Source: Priapulus caudatus
Taxonomy: Eukaryota
Reading direction: 5' to 3'
Assembly (NCBI RefSeq): GCF_000485595.1
Contig: NW_014577073.1
Location: 940,361 to 1,004,360, forward strand
DNA: 64,000 nucleotides
Part shown: positions 26,115 through 38,341 of the stretch, piece after piece
Position numbering within the stretch: the first letter of the stretch is position 1
Layout of the letters: the number at the start of each line of letters is the position of its first letter
Program-made: the position numbers and the translations under genes
The notes under the pieces: model-generated
Database searches by the model: none
What the model was told of the DNA's origin: nothing
The model's input: the letters and a program-made list of their open reading frames with translations, nothing else

Positions 26115-26120
26115 TTTATT
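26115..26120 (-). terminator. Candidate Gsx polyadenylation signal
   Basis: First AATAAA I found on the minus strand downstream of the Gsx stop. It implies an AT-rich 3' UTR of about 1.4 kb. Confidence 0.35.
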
Positions 26121-27537
26121 GCACGAAAAATCAACTGTACAACACACATAGATTATTGCATACAAACATGACTATATTCTTTGGGAACTGCGTGCTGCAG
26201 CAATAAACCGGTAACAACATTTACAATGTTTATGGACACCCTTATAATTGTGTATTCTAACTACTTCTCCATCTAATATACACGTATTTACACTGTCATG
26301 ATAAACTCCGCTAGAGAAAGTTTCCTACCGCTCAAAGCGTTTTATAAACCTCTCGTTAATTGTTTATGCTAAGCCGGTGACCTTTTTATAAACGAATAAA
26401 TGATAATCTTTCTTGAATAAATAATGCAAGAAAGGCATAATGTAACGAGAGAATAAGCGCTAACTAGATTCAAGCCAACTATCTTGCCATGCCCGATCAT
26501 ACAAGAATAAATACATTTGAAATATTTATAATGTGGTGCTGATATCGGCCGAAGCTTCGATGTAAATATTACAGCATTTATAACTATTATGTTCACCAGC
26601 ATCTTGTGTGATTCACTGTTACATGTTGCATTTACGCAGCAAGGCCTACGAATCTACCGCCGACAGCTCTGGTAGTTAACGCGTTTTTGCCATAGAATAT
26701 GTAATCACAACTCCTATTGTCGGTGTTTACCCTTAAAAAAACTAAGCAATATCTACGGGGTTGATTCAATATTTTATCTAATTACATTCCATTGTTCAGC
26801 GGTTTAAACACGGTCTATAATTTTACACGGTTTCTATCTCATTAAATACTTTGGTCACACAAAAACTGTCATTATGAAAACTAACGATCTAGGGCTTATT
26901 GTCTCTGATACGAACTCTTGATTTCGATGAGTATATATGGTCTCGATACAACCGATGAGTAATATAACAACTCGAACTTTTTTAGCAGGTACTAAAATGT
27001 ATACTCGCTTAACATCATGTTAAACAGATGGTAGTTTTGGGGTTGTTCTAAATATAAATTACGAAGCTTCTTCAAGTGAAACCGGTGTTAAAATTGTTTT
27101 GTTGATATTATTACTGTACATGAGATCTTTGGACCAATTCAACAAGCATCCACGAATACAACATTCAGAGACAACTACCTCGTTGATGACGATTATTATT
27201 AAAATATTGTAATTCCGTCGATCGAAAGACAGTAGGTACGTGGAGACAATACATGATCAAACACGTTTGACAATAAAGGAAATTACTATACGTTCTCGGT
27301 GCCTCTTGTTATACCTGACAAGATCAATGAATAATTTTGAAGTTAATTTCTATCTGTCTGTATGCGTCTATGCCGTAGCACTACAGAAGTCTGCGACTAT
27401 TCCGACCGAAGTCTTCTCCGCATCCGACAACGTCGGGTTCGTTTATCAGGCTCCTATGATTAGTGATTACTAGGCCACCATTTTCGCACGATAGCAATCT
27501 ATCGGGGATTTTGTCGCTCTGTCAATCCTCTTGCGAC

Positions 27538-27795
27538 TCACGGATCTATCATACGCTCATCGTCGCTGTTCACTTGGTCACCGTCATCACGGTCGGTGCT
27601 GATATCAGACGGTGAGATGGCGTCCGGCAGAGTGGTCGCGTCGCTGAATTTCGTCGTGCTGTCGTCATGGTGATCGTGGCGGTGCTTGTCGCTACCACGT
27701 GTCGAGCACGTGCGCAGGCATCGACATTTGTCGCGAGCGTCACCCTGACCTTCCTTCTTGTACTTGACTCGTCGGTTTTGAAACCAGATTTTGAC
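27538..27795 (-). CDS. Gsx: Gsx coding exon 3 (homeodomain helix 3 and C-terminus)
   Basis: Acceptor CATTGCAG|GTC at 27796/27795. Encodes VKIWFQNRRVKYKKEG...DKCRCLRTCS...MIDP, with stop TGA at 27540-27538. The spliced CDS is 448+206+258 = 912 nt, an open frame of 303 aa. Confidence 0.96.
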   Translation of the reverse strand, partial: VKIWFQNRRVKYKKEGQGDARDKCRCLRTCSTRGSDKHRHDHHDDSTTKFSDATTLPDAISPSDISTDRDDGDQVNSDDERMIDP

Positions 27796-27902
27796 CTGCA
27801 ATGAGATAGCTGTTGCGTTAGTACGACGATCATTCTCCATCACAGCGTCACGTATACAGGAGTATGGCTATCTATGTACAATAACCATGTACAAGATTCA
27901 CA

Positions 27903-27907
<5 letters not shown>

Positions 27908-27994
<87 letters not shown>

Positions 27995-28046
27995 CGTGCG
28001 TGTGTGTGTGTATGTATGTGTGTGTATGTATGTGAGTGGGTGTGTG
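27908..28046. repeat. (TA)n(GT)n compound microsatellite in Gsx intron 2
   Basis: Direct inspection. Confidence 0.9.
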
Positions 28047-28231
28047 GGCTACATTGACGCAATAACACATCACCTAACATTCAGCTACATTAGAATTACT
28101 TCTCCATGAAAAGGTTAGTCACCGCAGTTTTGTCCAGTCAGTGTTAGCTTTTTTGTCAGTGACATTTCTTTAAGGTTTCTGAAATTTGCTATAAATAGTC
28201 TAGCACGCGTCAGTCATTCGGTTTTACAATT

Positions 28232-28857
28232 TTATTATATTCATATATTAATGCCTGTTGTTGGGGGCACTATGCTCTCATAGTGTTTGCTGAGGGAAGG
28301 TATAGTGCCGAGCCGATAGTGAGGGCACTATTCCTTCCCAAAAGCAACACTATGAGAGCATAGTGACCCCAACAACAGGCATTAATGTTTTTAGCTGCAA
28401 TCACATGACTTTGCATCTACTTGCAAATATGAAGTGAATAAGACAAAGTTTCTTAAACGAACAATTTCAATTTGTATTAAACTGTCTACGTCACGAATTT
28501 CTAGGCACCAGCAAGTAGTATATTTGTGTGTTATTTGTACATAAAAATAAAATGTATGAAAATACAATTAGTGTTTCTGTTTACTTTTCAGGCTTATATA
28601 CCTTCTTTATACTCCCTAATTTGCCGGTGCATTCGATGTAACAAAACGCTCAACACAAACACAATCGCCATTAATTCGAAACTCTTGCGTGGCGCCAAGA
28701 CGAAGAAGATTCGTGACGTGAACACAATGCGTTATAATAACAATGCGTCGCGCAAGCGATAGTGCCCGCTCAGGCAGGCACTATTGCTTCATAGTACCTG
28801 CGACGTTATCCAATGGAATTTCAACGATTTATCACGTGATGCACTAAATATATATAT
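28232..28857. mobile_element. Probable non-autonomous palindromic element in Gsx intron 2
   Basis: A 140-bp near-perfect inverted repeat at 28247-28386, a second short hairpin with the same core (ATAGTGCC..GGCACTAT, 28759-28784), and AT-rich ends. Boundaries are approximate. Confidence 0.45.
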
Positions 28858-29802
28858 CGTTTGTAATAATTATCGTTCCTTCCCGTGTTTCTCTCCCAAC
28901 CAACTTATACACTATAGGTATATACATAAAACTCTGCTGTTTTGCCGCGTGCACGCGGGCTCATCTCGCTTCCTTTTACGTCCGCTAAACGCGGCGACAT
29001 GGCTTGTCACTGATAATTGGCCAGTCACGCCTGGCATCGTGTCGCGCGAGCTGATAGGCAAGACGCGAGCAGGCAATCATATATATACAGCTTCGGCTGA
29101 TGCAGCAGCGCCTGTATTAGTTAGACACGCTTGGTGAGTGTGGCGCTCGTGACACGGCAAGACATGCTGCATCATTTGGCGATCGAACTACTGCCACGAC
29201 GTACTTATACATTCGCTAATGATAACCTGCATATGGCTAGATAAATACGCGCTGGTATACATCCATTTCTAAATGCTGAGTAAATATGGCTATTTATTGA
29301 TACAGCATCCCCCTTAACCAATAGCATTTACTCTATATTAGTTTGCAAGTAACGCGCTTGACTTTGCCGTTGGAAACGTATCGCTTCATAGGACGATTGC
29401 ATTCATTATATAGCGTGTACTCACTATAGCCTAAATAACACATACCGCTCCTATACCGCTATATATTATACTGCATATATACCCACACGAGGTACACCCG
29501 CATCGACGACAGAATAATACAACCAGGAGTAAATATATAAATAAATATGTTTATTATGCTATTTACCCTGTTATATACTCCCGACAGTATAGTAATTAAA
29601 TCTAAAGAACCATAAATAAGTTCGCGGCATGTAAACGAGAATATCACGCGTAATGACGGCCACGTGTATAATACGACACAGTTTAACCGCTGTAATAAAG
29701 GTGAAGCAAGCGAAAATAAGAGGGAAGGAGAAACAGACAGAGAGCGATATAGAGAAACAGCGCGAGAAAGCGAGAAAGAGAGAGCACGAGAAAGAGACAG
29801 TA

Positions 29803-29843
<41 letters not shown>

Positions 29844-30691
29844 AAGAGAGAAAGCGATAAAGAGAGAGCGCGAGAAAGAGCCAAAGAGATATATATATAT
29901 ATATATATAAACAAAGTAAAGGTATAGAATAAGGGTGTTTAAAGTTTAATTGACGAGCTTTCGAGATTACATCTCTTCATCAGGTTAGCAGACATTGGAA
30001 TAGAATTAAATAATCAAAAACAAATACAATGCGTTATAGATAATCAAAAATGAATGATTCACACAATTCGCGCGGTTCCAATGAATACGCGACAGACAAA
30101 AGAACACGGCACATATATATATAGTATCAATACACGCACGAAAAAACGACACGACACACAGCACACCACACACACACACACACACCACAATCACACACAC
30201 AAAACACAACACACACCCATACACACATCACACCAACAACACAAAAAACACAACACGAAGCTAACCGAGCTCCTTTGCATTATTGATTCTATTCAATGTC
30301 TGCTGACCTGATGAAGAGATGTAATCTCGAAAGCTCGTCAATTAAACTTTAAACACCCTTATTCTATACCTTGACTTTTGTTTTTGATCTACACCGGGTG
30401 TTCGGCCCTGACCCGCCCGATCTTACCTACTCTTACTCTATATACTCACTCTCCAATCTTACTACTTCTCATACCACTCACCCACCTACTACTACCTCCA
30501 TACCACTCACCCTCACCAAAGAGAGAGAAGGGGAATGGGAGACAGAAGGGGAGTAAGACAGAGAAGGGGAGAGCGCGCCGCAGGGGCGGCTGTGCGTGCG
30601 TGATTAGTGCAAATATTTATCAACTCGTGCAAAGCCACGCGCACGCCATGCACATGTAAGTATATACATAGATATGTAACATGTTAATCAC

Positions 30692-30897
30692 CTGCTTCTC
30701 GGAGAGGTTCAGATAGGTGGCGATCTCTATGCGACGCAGGCGCGACAGGTACATGTTGGCGTTGAATTCGCGCTCGAGTTCGAGCAGCTGCGTGCTGGTG
30801 AAAGCCGTCCGTATGCGCTTACTGCTCGCTAAGTCATCAACGCTGCCGCCCGTGCCCAGGTTACCGAGCGCACCCAAGTTACTGAAGTTATTCATGC
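30692..30897 (-). CDS. Gsx: Gsx coding exon 2 (homeodomain residues 1-44)
   Basis: Acceptor TTTTTTTCTCTAG|GC at 30898/30897 fits phase 1 with exon 1. Encodes ...[45 protein letters not shown], a Gsx-type homeodomain. Phase-0 donor CAG|GTGATT at 30692/30691. Confidence 0.96.
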
Positions 30898-32719
30898 CTA
30901 GAGAAAAAAAACAGCGGTAAACAATAGTGAAACAATGGTAATCAATGATAAAACAACAGGAAATATAACGAATCGCCCATGATCAAGTTACCGAGACTAA
31001 CTTTAGGGGACTGAAATTATTCATATGACGAGCGATGACTGAAGGAATGCTCACCCATGGTGCGCATCGAATTGCCATCTAGCGATCATAGCATCTAATT
31101 ATGTTATTATTATATCTAATTTTATATTGTAAATGTTCGGATTACTAAAGCACGTCTTGGGTCCATCCGTGTGACGAGGCGAGTGCGGATGCGTATGCAT
31201 AGATATACATGTAATGAGGTGAAAGGAAGAATATAATGTCAGAGATAATGCTAGTATTTTAATTAGGCGGAGCGGGCGTAATATTAATTGCAGATACACC
31301 CATCGGGCACCACGCATCCTCGTTCGCTATTTGGCAGCGCGGCTCGACTGACTTCACTAATGGATAATGTTCGATTTTCTCCGTCGCTACTGGGTCGCAC
31401 GTTCAGCCAATTAGAGTACGCGCTCGTTACGCGTTTATCGTCCATCGAATATAATCTTCTAACGCGAAGAATTAACATGTAAAATGTGCACGCAGAGTAA
31501 AGAAAGTAGATTCTGTTAGGCTGCAAAAAAAATGCAGTAGCATACGCTTAACCCCTCGTCTGCAATTGAAATGTAGAGCGTGGACGGGTAAATCGCTTAC
31601 GAAACGATGCGACGAGCGACGCGTGGGTATACATAAGCACAGAACCGGCTTCTGGGTATTAGGCTCTGTCTACATCCTTGACACGACTGTTTTTCTTGAA
31701 CTCTCATTCCCAACAAATTGCCTGTGCGTGTACTGGCAGCACTTACGCACACGCTGTGTAGATAAATAGTCTTGCCCCCTGTATCAAGTGAGACGGCTAT
31801 AAACTTTAAAAAAAAACAGGTACAGCGCAAGTATCTTCGTGATTTCGTCGTTTAGTTAAAAGTAATGATATATATCTCATTTTACTCACAGTAACTATAT
31901 GTACGCTGGCGCATACGCCTCAAAATCGTGGTGTGCGAATCAATTATTATATATTAATTATGTATATTACATATGATCGCTGTCGATGGCATGTAATTTG
32001 CAGCAACGATTGTGCTGTATTATACTGGATATCACGTGGTCAACGTGTGGCGGAAGTGATGCCCCTATCCTACTTACAGCGTAGGTAATATTTTATTAAT
32101 TCTCCTAACAACACTATTTTAGCGGCTATGTGCGCTCGTTGAGTTGGGCCGTCTTATTCTTGATAACCGAAGTATTTTTTCTGCGAAATAATATAAAATA
32201 GTTCGACAAAAGGATTCTTGCTTCGCGCGACGAGTAATGTACACTGCAAGTAGTTTCTCCTTTTTTCTTTTTTTCTCTCTCTCTCAGAGCGCATACAACG
32301 GAACCGGGCAACATTCAACTGCACGCAAGCTGCACAGCAAATGTATCCGTATCTACTTTTCGCTTATTGTTTTCTATTTTATCCTGCATTTGTAGGCAAT
32401 TCTATCGCTAGCGTCGCTGTGCGATTCCGTTCGCCAGCGCTGAGCAGTAAAAAAATGACGACCGTAAAAAGGTTACGGCGTGTTGAGAAACGTTACCTTT
32501 TAATTGTCGCTAAACCGCTCGCAGATATTCGTAACGCACTGAAAGCGTCTTATTACATTAAATTGTTGCCGTCTTGGGCGAGATCGATGTGCAAGCTACG
32601 AAAGAGTGGGTCCCTGGGAAGCCTTCATGGCTTTACGTGAACGCGTGTAACTTCATAGCTCTTGTCGTCTGAACGTTCCTGATTCTATATAAAACCATTA
32701 ATGTGGTCTTTCTGTTCCA

Positions 32720-32933
32720 TGTTACTGTTACTGTATATACTGTTACTGTTACTGTTACTGTTACTGTTACTGTTACTGTTACTGTTACTGTTACTGTTAC
32801 TGTTACTGTTTCTGTTACCGATACTGTTACTGTTACTGTTACTGTTACTGTTACTGTTACTGTTACTGTTACTGTTACTGTTACTGTTACCTTTACCGTT
32901 ACCGTTACTGTTACTGTTACTGTAACTGTTACT
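32720..32933. repeat. (TGTTAC)n hexanucleotide array
   Basis: About 35 units, abutting the HINE at 32959. Confidence 0.92.
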
Positions 32934-32958
32934 TTTATTGGTACTGATACTGATACTG

Positions 32959-33300
32959 TTATTACCTCCGCCAGGGGCTTGGCGGAGGTTATGTTTTTAC
33001 CGGCGTGTCTTTGAGTGTTGGTTTGTGTGTTTGTGGGTTTGTGTGTTACCATGCACGTTTCAGTTCACTTCCGCTAGGTGCGCTGGCTGTAGACTTACAA
33101 ACACGCAACCACAGGCTAAGGGGCAACAACAGTCCTCCCCCACCTGCACGCTCGCACTAATCCGGATCCAATTAATTATTTAATGAATTAATGAATTAAT
33201 TAATTTTTCCACTTAATTAATTAATTAATTAATGAAAAATTTCACATTGAGAGAATTCAGCTGCCTTGGCAGAGGTCTGTGCTCTCCGAGTGCTCTAGTT
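32959..33300 (+). mobile_element. Non-autonomous Helentron-type element (HINE/DINE-1-like) in Gsx intron 1
   Basis: 5' TTATTACCTCCGCCAGG with its inverted partner CTTGGCGGAGGT, a GT/GTTT-rich microsatellite, a 3' subterminal repeat CCTTGGCAGAGGT, then a short stem-loop region (GTGCTCTCCGAGTGC) ending TCTAGTT. This is the canonical HINE layout. Confidence 0.75.
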
Positions 33301-33769
33301 GTCATTGTTATTCTTTACTTTTACTCAATTTTTTACTCTGTTTTGTTATTCAATTTAATTCATGCGTGGAGAGTACATTGCAACAGAATAGAGATTAACC
33401 GTGGTAAGCCAATATACCACAGGATATATAAATGATATATTGGTTTGATGTTGTCGCATATGTATTCCAATGTGTTTTTGAATCTCATCAGCTCAGATTT
33501 GTCAGTTGCTCGTAGCCTTTGTATTGAACACCGTTTACCTGGACGGTACAACGCGTTTAAAGGCATAAAAAGTGAAATAAACTGATCCCCATGACCTAGT
33601 CATTGTTTAGTATATCGGCTTTGTAATATGTCTGATCATAATAATTAAAGTTAAAGTGATCCATTCTCACAGAATACACGTATTTTAATACTAAACGCCG
33701 GAAGATTCTCCGTATATTTGCACGCTGAACACCAGACGCCGTGTGCGCCATACACACCACGTGCCCGCA

Positions 33770-33801
33770 CATACACACACACATACACACGCACACACAC
33801 A

Positions 33802-33852
<51 letters not shown>

Positions 33853-33935
33853 ACGCGCCCGCACATACACATACTCACGCGCACGTAGACACACGTGTGT
33901 GCACACACGCACACGCCCACGTACACACACGCACG

Positions 33936-33978
<43 letters not shown>

Positions 33979-34300
33979 GTATAGACACACGTAAGTTGTG
34001 ACACCACACGCCACACGCAGACCACGACAACACGCACGCAGCACGCGACACACCATCACACACACTAACACACAACACACACACAAAACACAACACACAC
34101 AAACACGCACACACCACGCACCGCCACACAACCACGACGCACACTTACGCACGACAGCCACAACACACAACAACGCCGCACACACACACACACACACAAC
34201 ACACGCACACACACGGCGACGCAACACACAACACACAACACACACACAACACACAAACAACAACACACACACAAAACACGCTGCGTGCACACACACACAA
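33770..34300. repeat. Degenerate (CA)n array
   Basis: Direct inspection. Confidence 0.88.
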
Positions 34301-35737
34301 CAGTTGGCTCAGTGCATCATAGTGGAATCCGGCGCTTATTTACAAACTAATGTATTCAAATTATACGTGAGATCGCTTCAAAAGGAACGAGTTTTCGTGA
34401 ATTGCCGGCACAGTCGAGGCCAATTGGCCGAGTCGAGCGGCCTTGGCAGCAGCTGCTAACGCATCGGAAGACTTACGCCACCCGTACTCCTCTGGGCTGT
34501 CCCTATCAATATCGGGCATATGTCAGCACGTCATCCCTGCATTCGTCCCTAGCACCAATACACATCACGGACAGCACTTCGGGAGCTCTATAATGCCGAG
34601 CGCGGTAATGCACGGCGCTTTGCTGTGTAACACCGTGAGTACATTATGTATCCGATGAAGCGAATATGGGCGTCGAGCAAGGCAGATGGTAGTAAGTGTA
34701 TGCGCTGCCGCACGCGGGGTGAAGTGCGGCACACTCGGACGCGTAAGAATTGATCTAGAGTGACGCGATCCGTCAATGACCGTGTTTTCAAGCCACTACC
34801 TCGAATATAAAGAAAGGACATTTAAAAAGGCGCGTCATTCGCGCGAGTTGTTCACGCAGCTTCTACCCGCACAAGTATCCTAATATAATCACTAGAGAGA
34901 GCGAATGTTCCGCGCCGTTAGAGAGACCTTTGTGTTTTAGTTCTTTTCTGTGCATTGCGTGCGAGTTTTGTTCAATAATCATTAAGAAATTATTATGTGA
35001 CATCTCGAGAATTACGCTATGGGACGTTACGACCAGAAACCGTATAAATCTGGAAATAAGAAATAGGGTTCATTTAGTTCTCACGAACTCATTTTTATAT
35101 CCTCATTAAACAGGAATTCTTTAACTCTGCTTTCATAATATTCAGTAGGGCATACAATCATTTTACAGCTTAGTGGCCGTAATCGCAAATGAAACTAATA
35201 ATGGTTGAATCAGGACTAGAGTTTTTCTCAACAATAATGGGATATGAAGGCAGGTTAAATATATTAACTATTCGTGATATAAAGTGCACGCTATACCTGA
35301 TACGTCATTGATAATATCTGCATTTTCTCCACAGATTTAAATTACAGAAAAGAAGAAAACCATGCTAGTATATTATAGTCATAAATACACGTGCTTATAA
35401 ATATATCGCTGTAGTATTAATACTAAATTTTAAGTTTCCTCGCAAGGTTTGGCAACTCTGTTATTCGTTTTTTTTTATGGCTTGCATAATCCGAATAGAC
35501 AATCTTACAAACAACAATAACTATCGTGCATGAGTGTTGATTCATCAGGAAGATAAATAGCGTGATAGACCACCGCCATTACGCTAAATATATCAACATG
35601 TTTCTCATTCCATGTCATGAGAGCGATAAATCCAAAACAAATTATATTAAATATTCATATATATATATAATATATATATATATATACTATATTTATATAT
35701 ATATATAAATATATTTATAATATATATAAATATATAA

Positions 35738-35771
<34 letters not shown>

Positions 35772-35787
35772 ATATATTATAATGAAT

Positions 35788-35824
<37 letters not shown>

Positions 35825-35930
35825 AGAGAGAGAGCGAAGCCGATGGCGAGAGAGAGAGAGAGAGTGATTACATATTACACTATAGTATATTAGAGTTTAC
35901 ATCCGAACTGGATCATAGAGTGTCACCTAC

Positions 35931-36378
35931 CGACTTGTCCCAGATAGTGCAGTCGGCGCGGGTCCATCATTCTATAGTGAGGAGGTGACGGCGTATCGGC
36001 AGTGCGCGTCGGCAGCGGAGACTGTGCGGGCAGGCCAAGCAGACTCCGCCGATGATCGCTGAAGCCTAGCGATGCGTTGACGTCGGTCATCGCGTTCGAC
36101 GTCGTCTTTCCGGCGACCGAGCATGGTAAGGACACGGGCAGCGAGGCTACGGGCAGGCGCACGCACAGCGGGCAGCACATGCCGGCCATGATGTCGGACG
36201 CCTTGCGTGGAAAGCAGTGGATCGGATGCATCTGCTCGTGGAATTGCGTCATCGACGACACCGGTAGCGACTTCTCGTGCGGCGGCGGCTGTTGTTGCTG
36301 CTGGTGGTGCTGCTGGCTCACCGACGGCGACGGCTTGTGCTTAAAGATCAGCGAGTCGACTAGGAACGATCGCGACAT
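35931..36378 (-). CDS. Gsx: Gsx (GS homeobox / ind) coding exon 1
   Basis: Begins MSRSFLVDSLI, the SNAG/eh1-like N-terminus typical of Gsx. Contains a Q/H/P-rich stretch and the CCPLC motif seen in Gsx proteins. Phase-1 donor G|GTAGGT at 35931/35930; 448 nt. Confidence 0.93.
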
Positions 36379-36791
36379 CGCGCGTTTGTGTTCGTCCGTC
36401 TTCAGTGCAAACCTCTAACGACGTTTCCTCTCTGTGTATTTCTCCGTTTATTGCTGCAATTGCTGTCCGAGAAATATCTCGCTCCGGCTCATGGAAGTGT
36501 GAAGTTCGCGTTTTTGCGGCACGCGTACACTGTCGCTACGTATTATTCTTTAGCCGATAGAGCTAAAGGATAAGCCGATAGAGCTAAGCCGATAGGATCT
36601 TTTCTCTACAGAGTCCGACGTAAGAGATAGGCTAGGATTCACATGGGAGACGCGTGGTAGCGCGCGGACGTGGGTCTGAGTTTAGGGGGAGGCGCGGGCG
36701 TGAGTGTGAGCTCAGTATGTGCGCTGTCGTACGGGGAGACGTCGATCTTCGCGCGCGTCATCTCATACACGCCGCACGCCGAACTCTGCCG

Positions 36792-36801
36792 CTTATATAT
36801 A
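36792..36801 (-). promoter_or_regulatory. Candidate Gsx TATA box
   Basis: TATATATAAG on the minus strand within GC/CpG-rich sequence about 415 bp upstream of the Gsx ATG. GC boxes (GGGCGGGG about 36919; CCCGCCCC about 37031) lie further upstream. Confidence 0.55.
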
Positions 36802-37403
36802 CGCCGCCGCCGCCGCCACCGCTGGATGTATTGTACCGCCTGCGTGCTAGTGCCGCATTTGTTTGCGCACCGCACGCAGGCGTGGCTGGCGTGCGCCGTC
36901 GGGTAATTGACTGCTGTGGGCGGGGTGTAGCGGCGGAAACCGCCCTCTACGATCTTAATTAACCTCCGTGAATGCGGGATTAGCCGAATTTTTTGCGCAC
37001 TCGGCCCGCGAGGCCGCACGTGGCGAAGTCCCCGCCCCTTTAACTTCGTCCATTAGGCGCGATTTCCCCGCGACGCCGGCACAAAAGACACCGATGCCAA
37101 ATTGACAACGCTTTTCGACGCACTTATGTGCGCCGATCATTGGGTGCGGTATGGTTTGCTATTTTAAACGCCAGGCGAGAGCGGCGCTCTTTGTGCTTAA
37201 GGAAATATATGATTTAATTTAAGTTGTGACCGGGATTGATCATGAAGGCTAAACAATTTACATTATATCCAGTTACGCTAACATTTACTCGCTGGAAGCT
37301 TGTACGGAAAACGATTTCGAATCAGTATATGGGGATATAAATGAATCACTGCCTAATTCAAACTCAACAGTACTATACAAATCAACGGCCTCTAGAAGGA
37401 TCT

Positions 37404-37459
<56 letters not shown>

Positions 37460-37527
37460 GTTTTGCCCCAATTTTAACCATTTTCCATGGCCCCGGCGTG
37501 GGGGAGAAAAAAGTTTTTAAAAAAACA

Positions 37528-38270
37528 TTGCACAGAATAAGATTAACCGTCGTAAGCCATATACCACAGGATATATAACATGCTATATTGGTTTATGTCT
37601 GTCGCATTATGTATTCGAATGTGTTTTTGATGCTCATCAACTCAGATTGTCCAGTTGTCTCGTAGCCTTGTATTGAACACCCTTTACCTGACGGTACAAC
37701 CGCGTTTAAAGGCATAAAAAGTGAAATAAACTGATTCCCCATGACCTAGGTTCATTGTTTAGTATTATCATTTGTAATATGTCCTATCATCAATATTAAG
37801 AGTTAAAGTGATCAATCTCATAGAATGACACGTATTTTAATACTAAACGCCGGAAGATTCATCCTGCTATATTTGCACGCTGAACACCAGACGCCGTTGA
37901 TGCGCCATCACACACCACGGCCCGCACAATACACACACACATACACACGCACACACACACACACACCCAACACACACCACACACACACAACACACACACA
38001 CAAACACACCGACCCCGCACATACACTACTCACGCGTCACGTAAGAACACACGGTGCTGCACACACGCCACGCCCACGTACACACACGCATCGCCGCACG
38101 ACGACACACACACACACACACACACACATACCACACACACACACACATACACACACAACACACCCTCAACACACGCACAGCACACACACGCACGCACGAC
38201 CACAACACGCACACCAGCACACACGCACGCACCACTACCACTGCCGCGCCACACACACACACACACGCAG

Positions 38271-38304
<34 letters not shown>

Positions 38305-38316
38305 CACGGCGACGCA
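37528..38316 (+). repeat. Near-duplicate of 33378-34225 ending at a 25-N spacer
   Basis: Shared sequence ATTAACCGT..AAGCCA..ATACCACAGGATATATAA..GGCATAAAAAGTGAAATAAACTGAT.. with indel noise. Confidence 0.85.
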
Positions 38317-38341
38317 NNNNNNNNNNNNNNNNNNNNNNNNN
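38317..38341. other. Assembly gap (25 N)
   Basis: Run of N between two indel-rich blocks. Confidence 1.
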
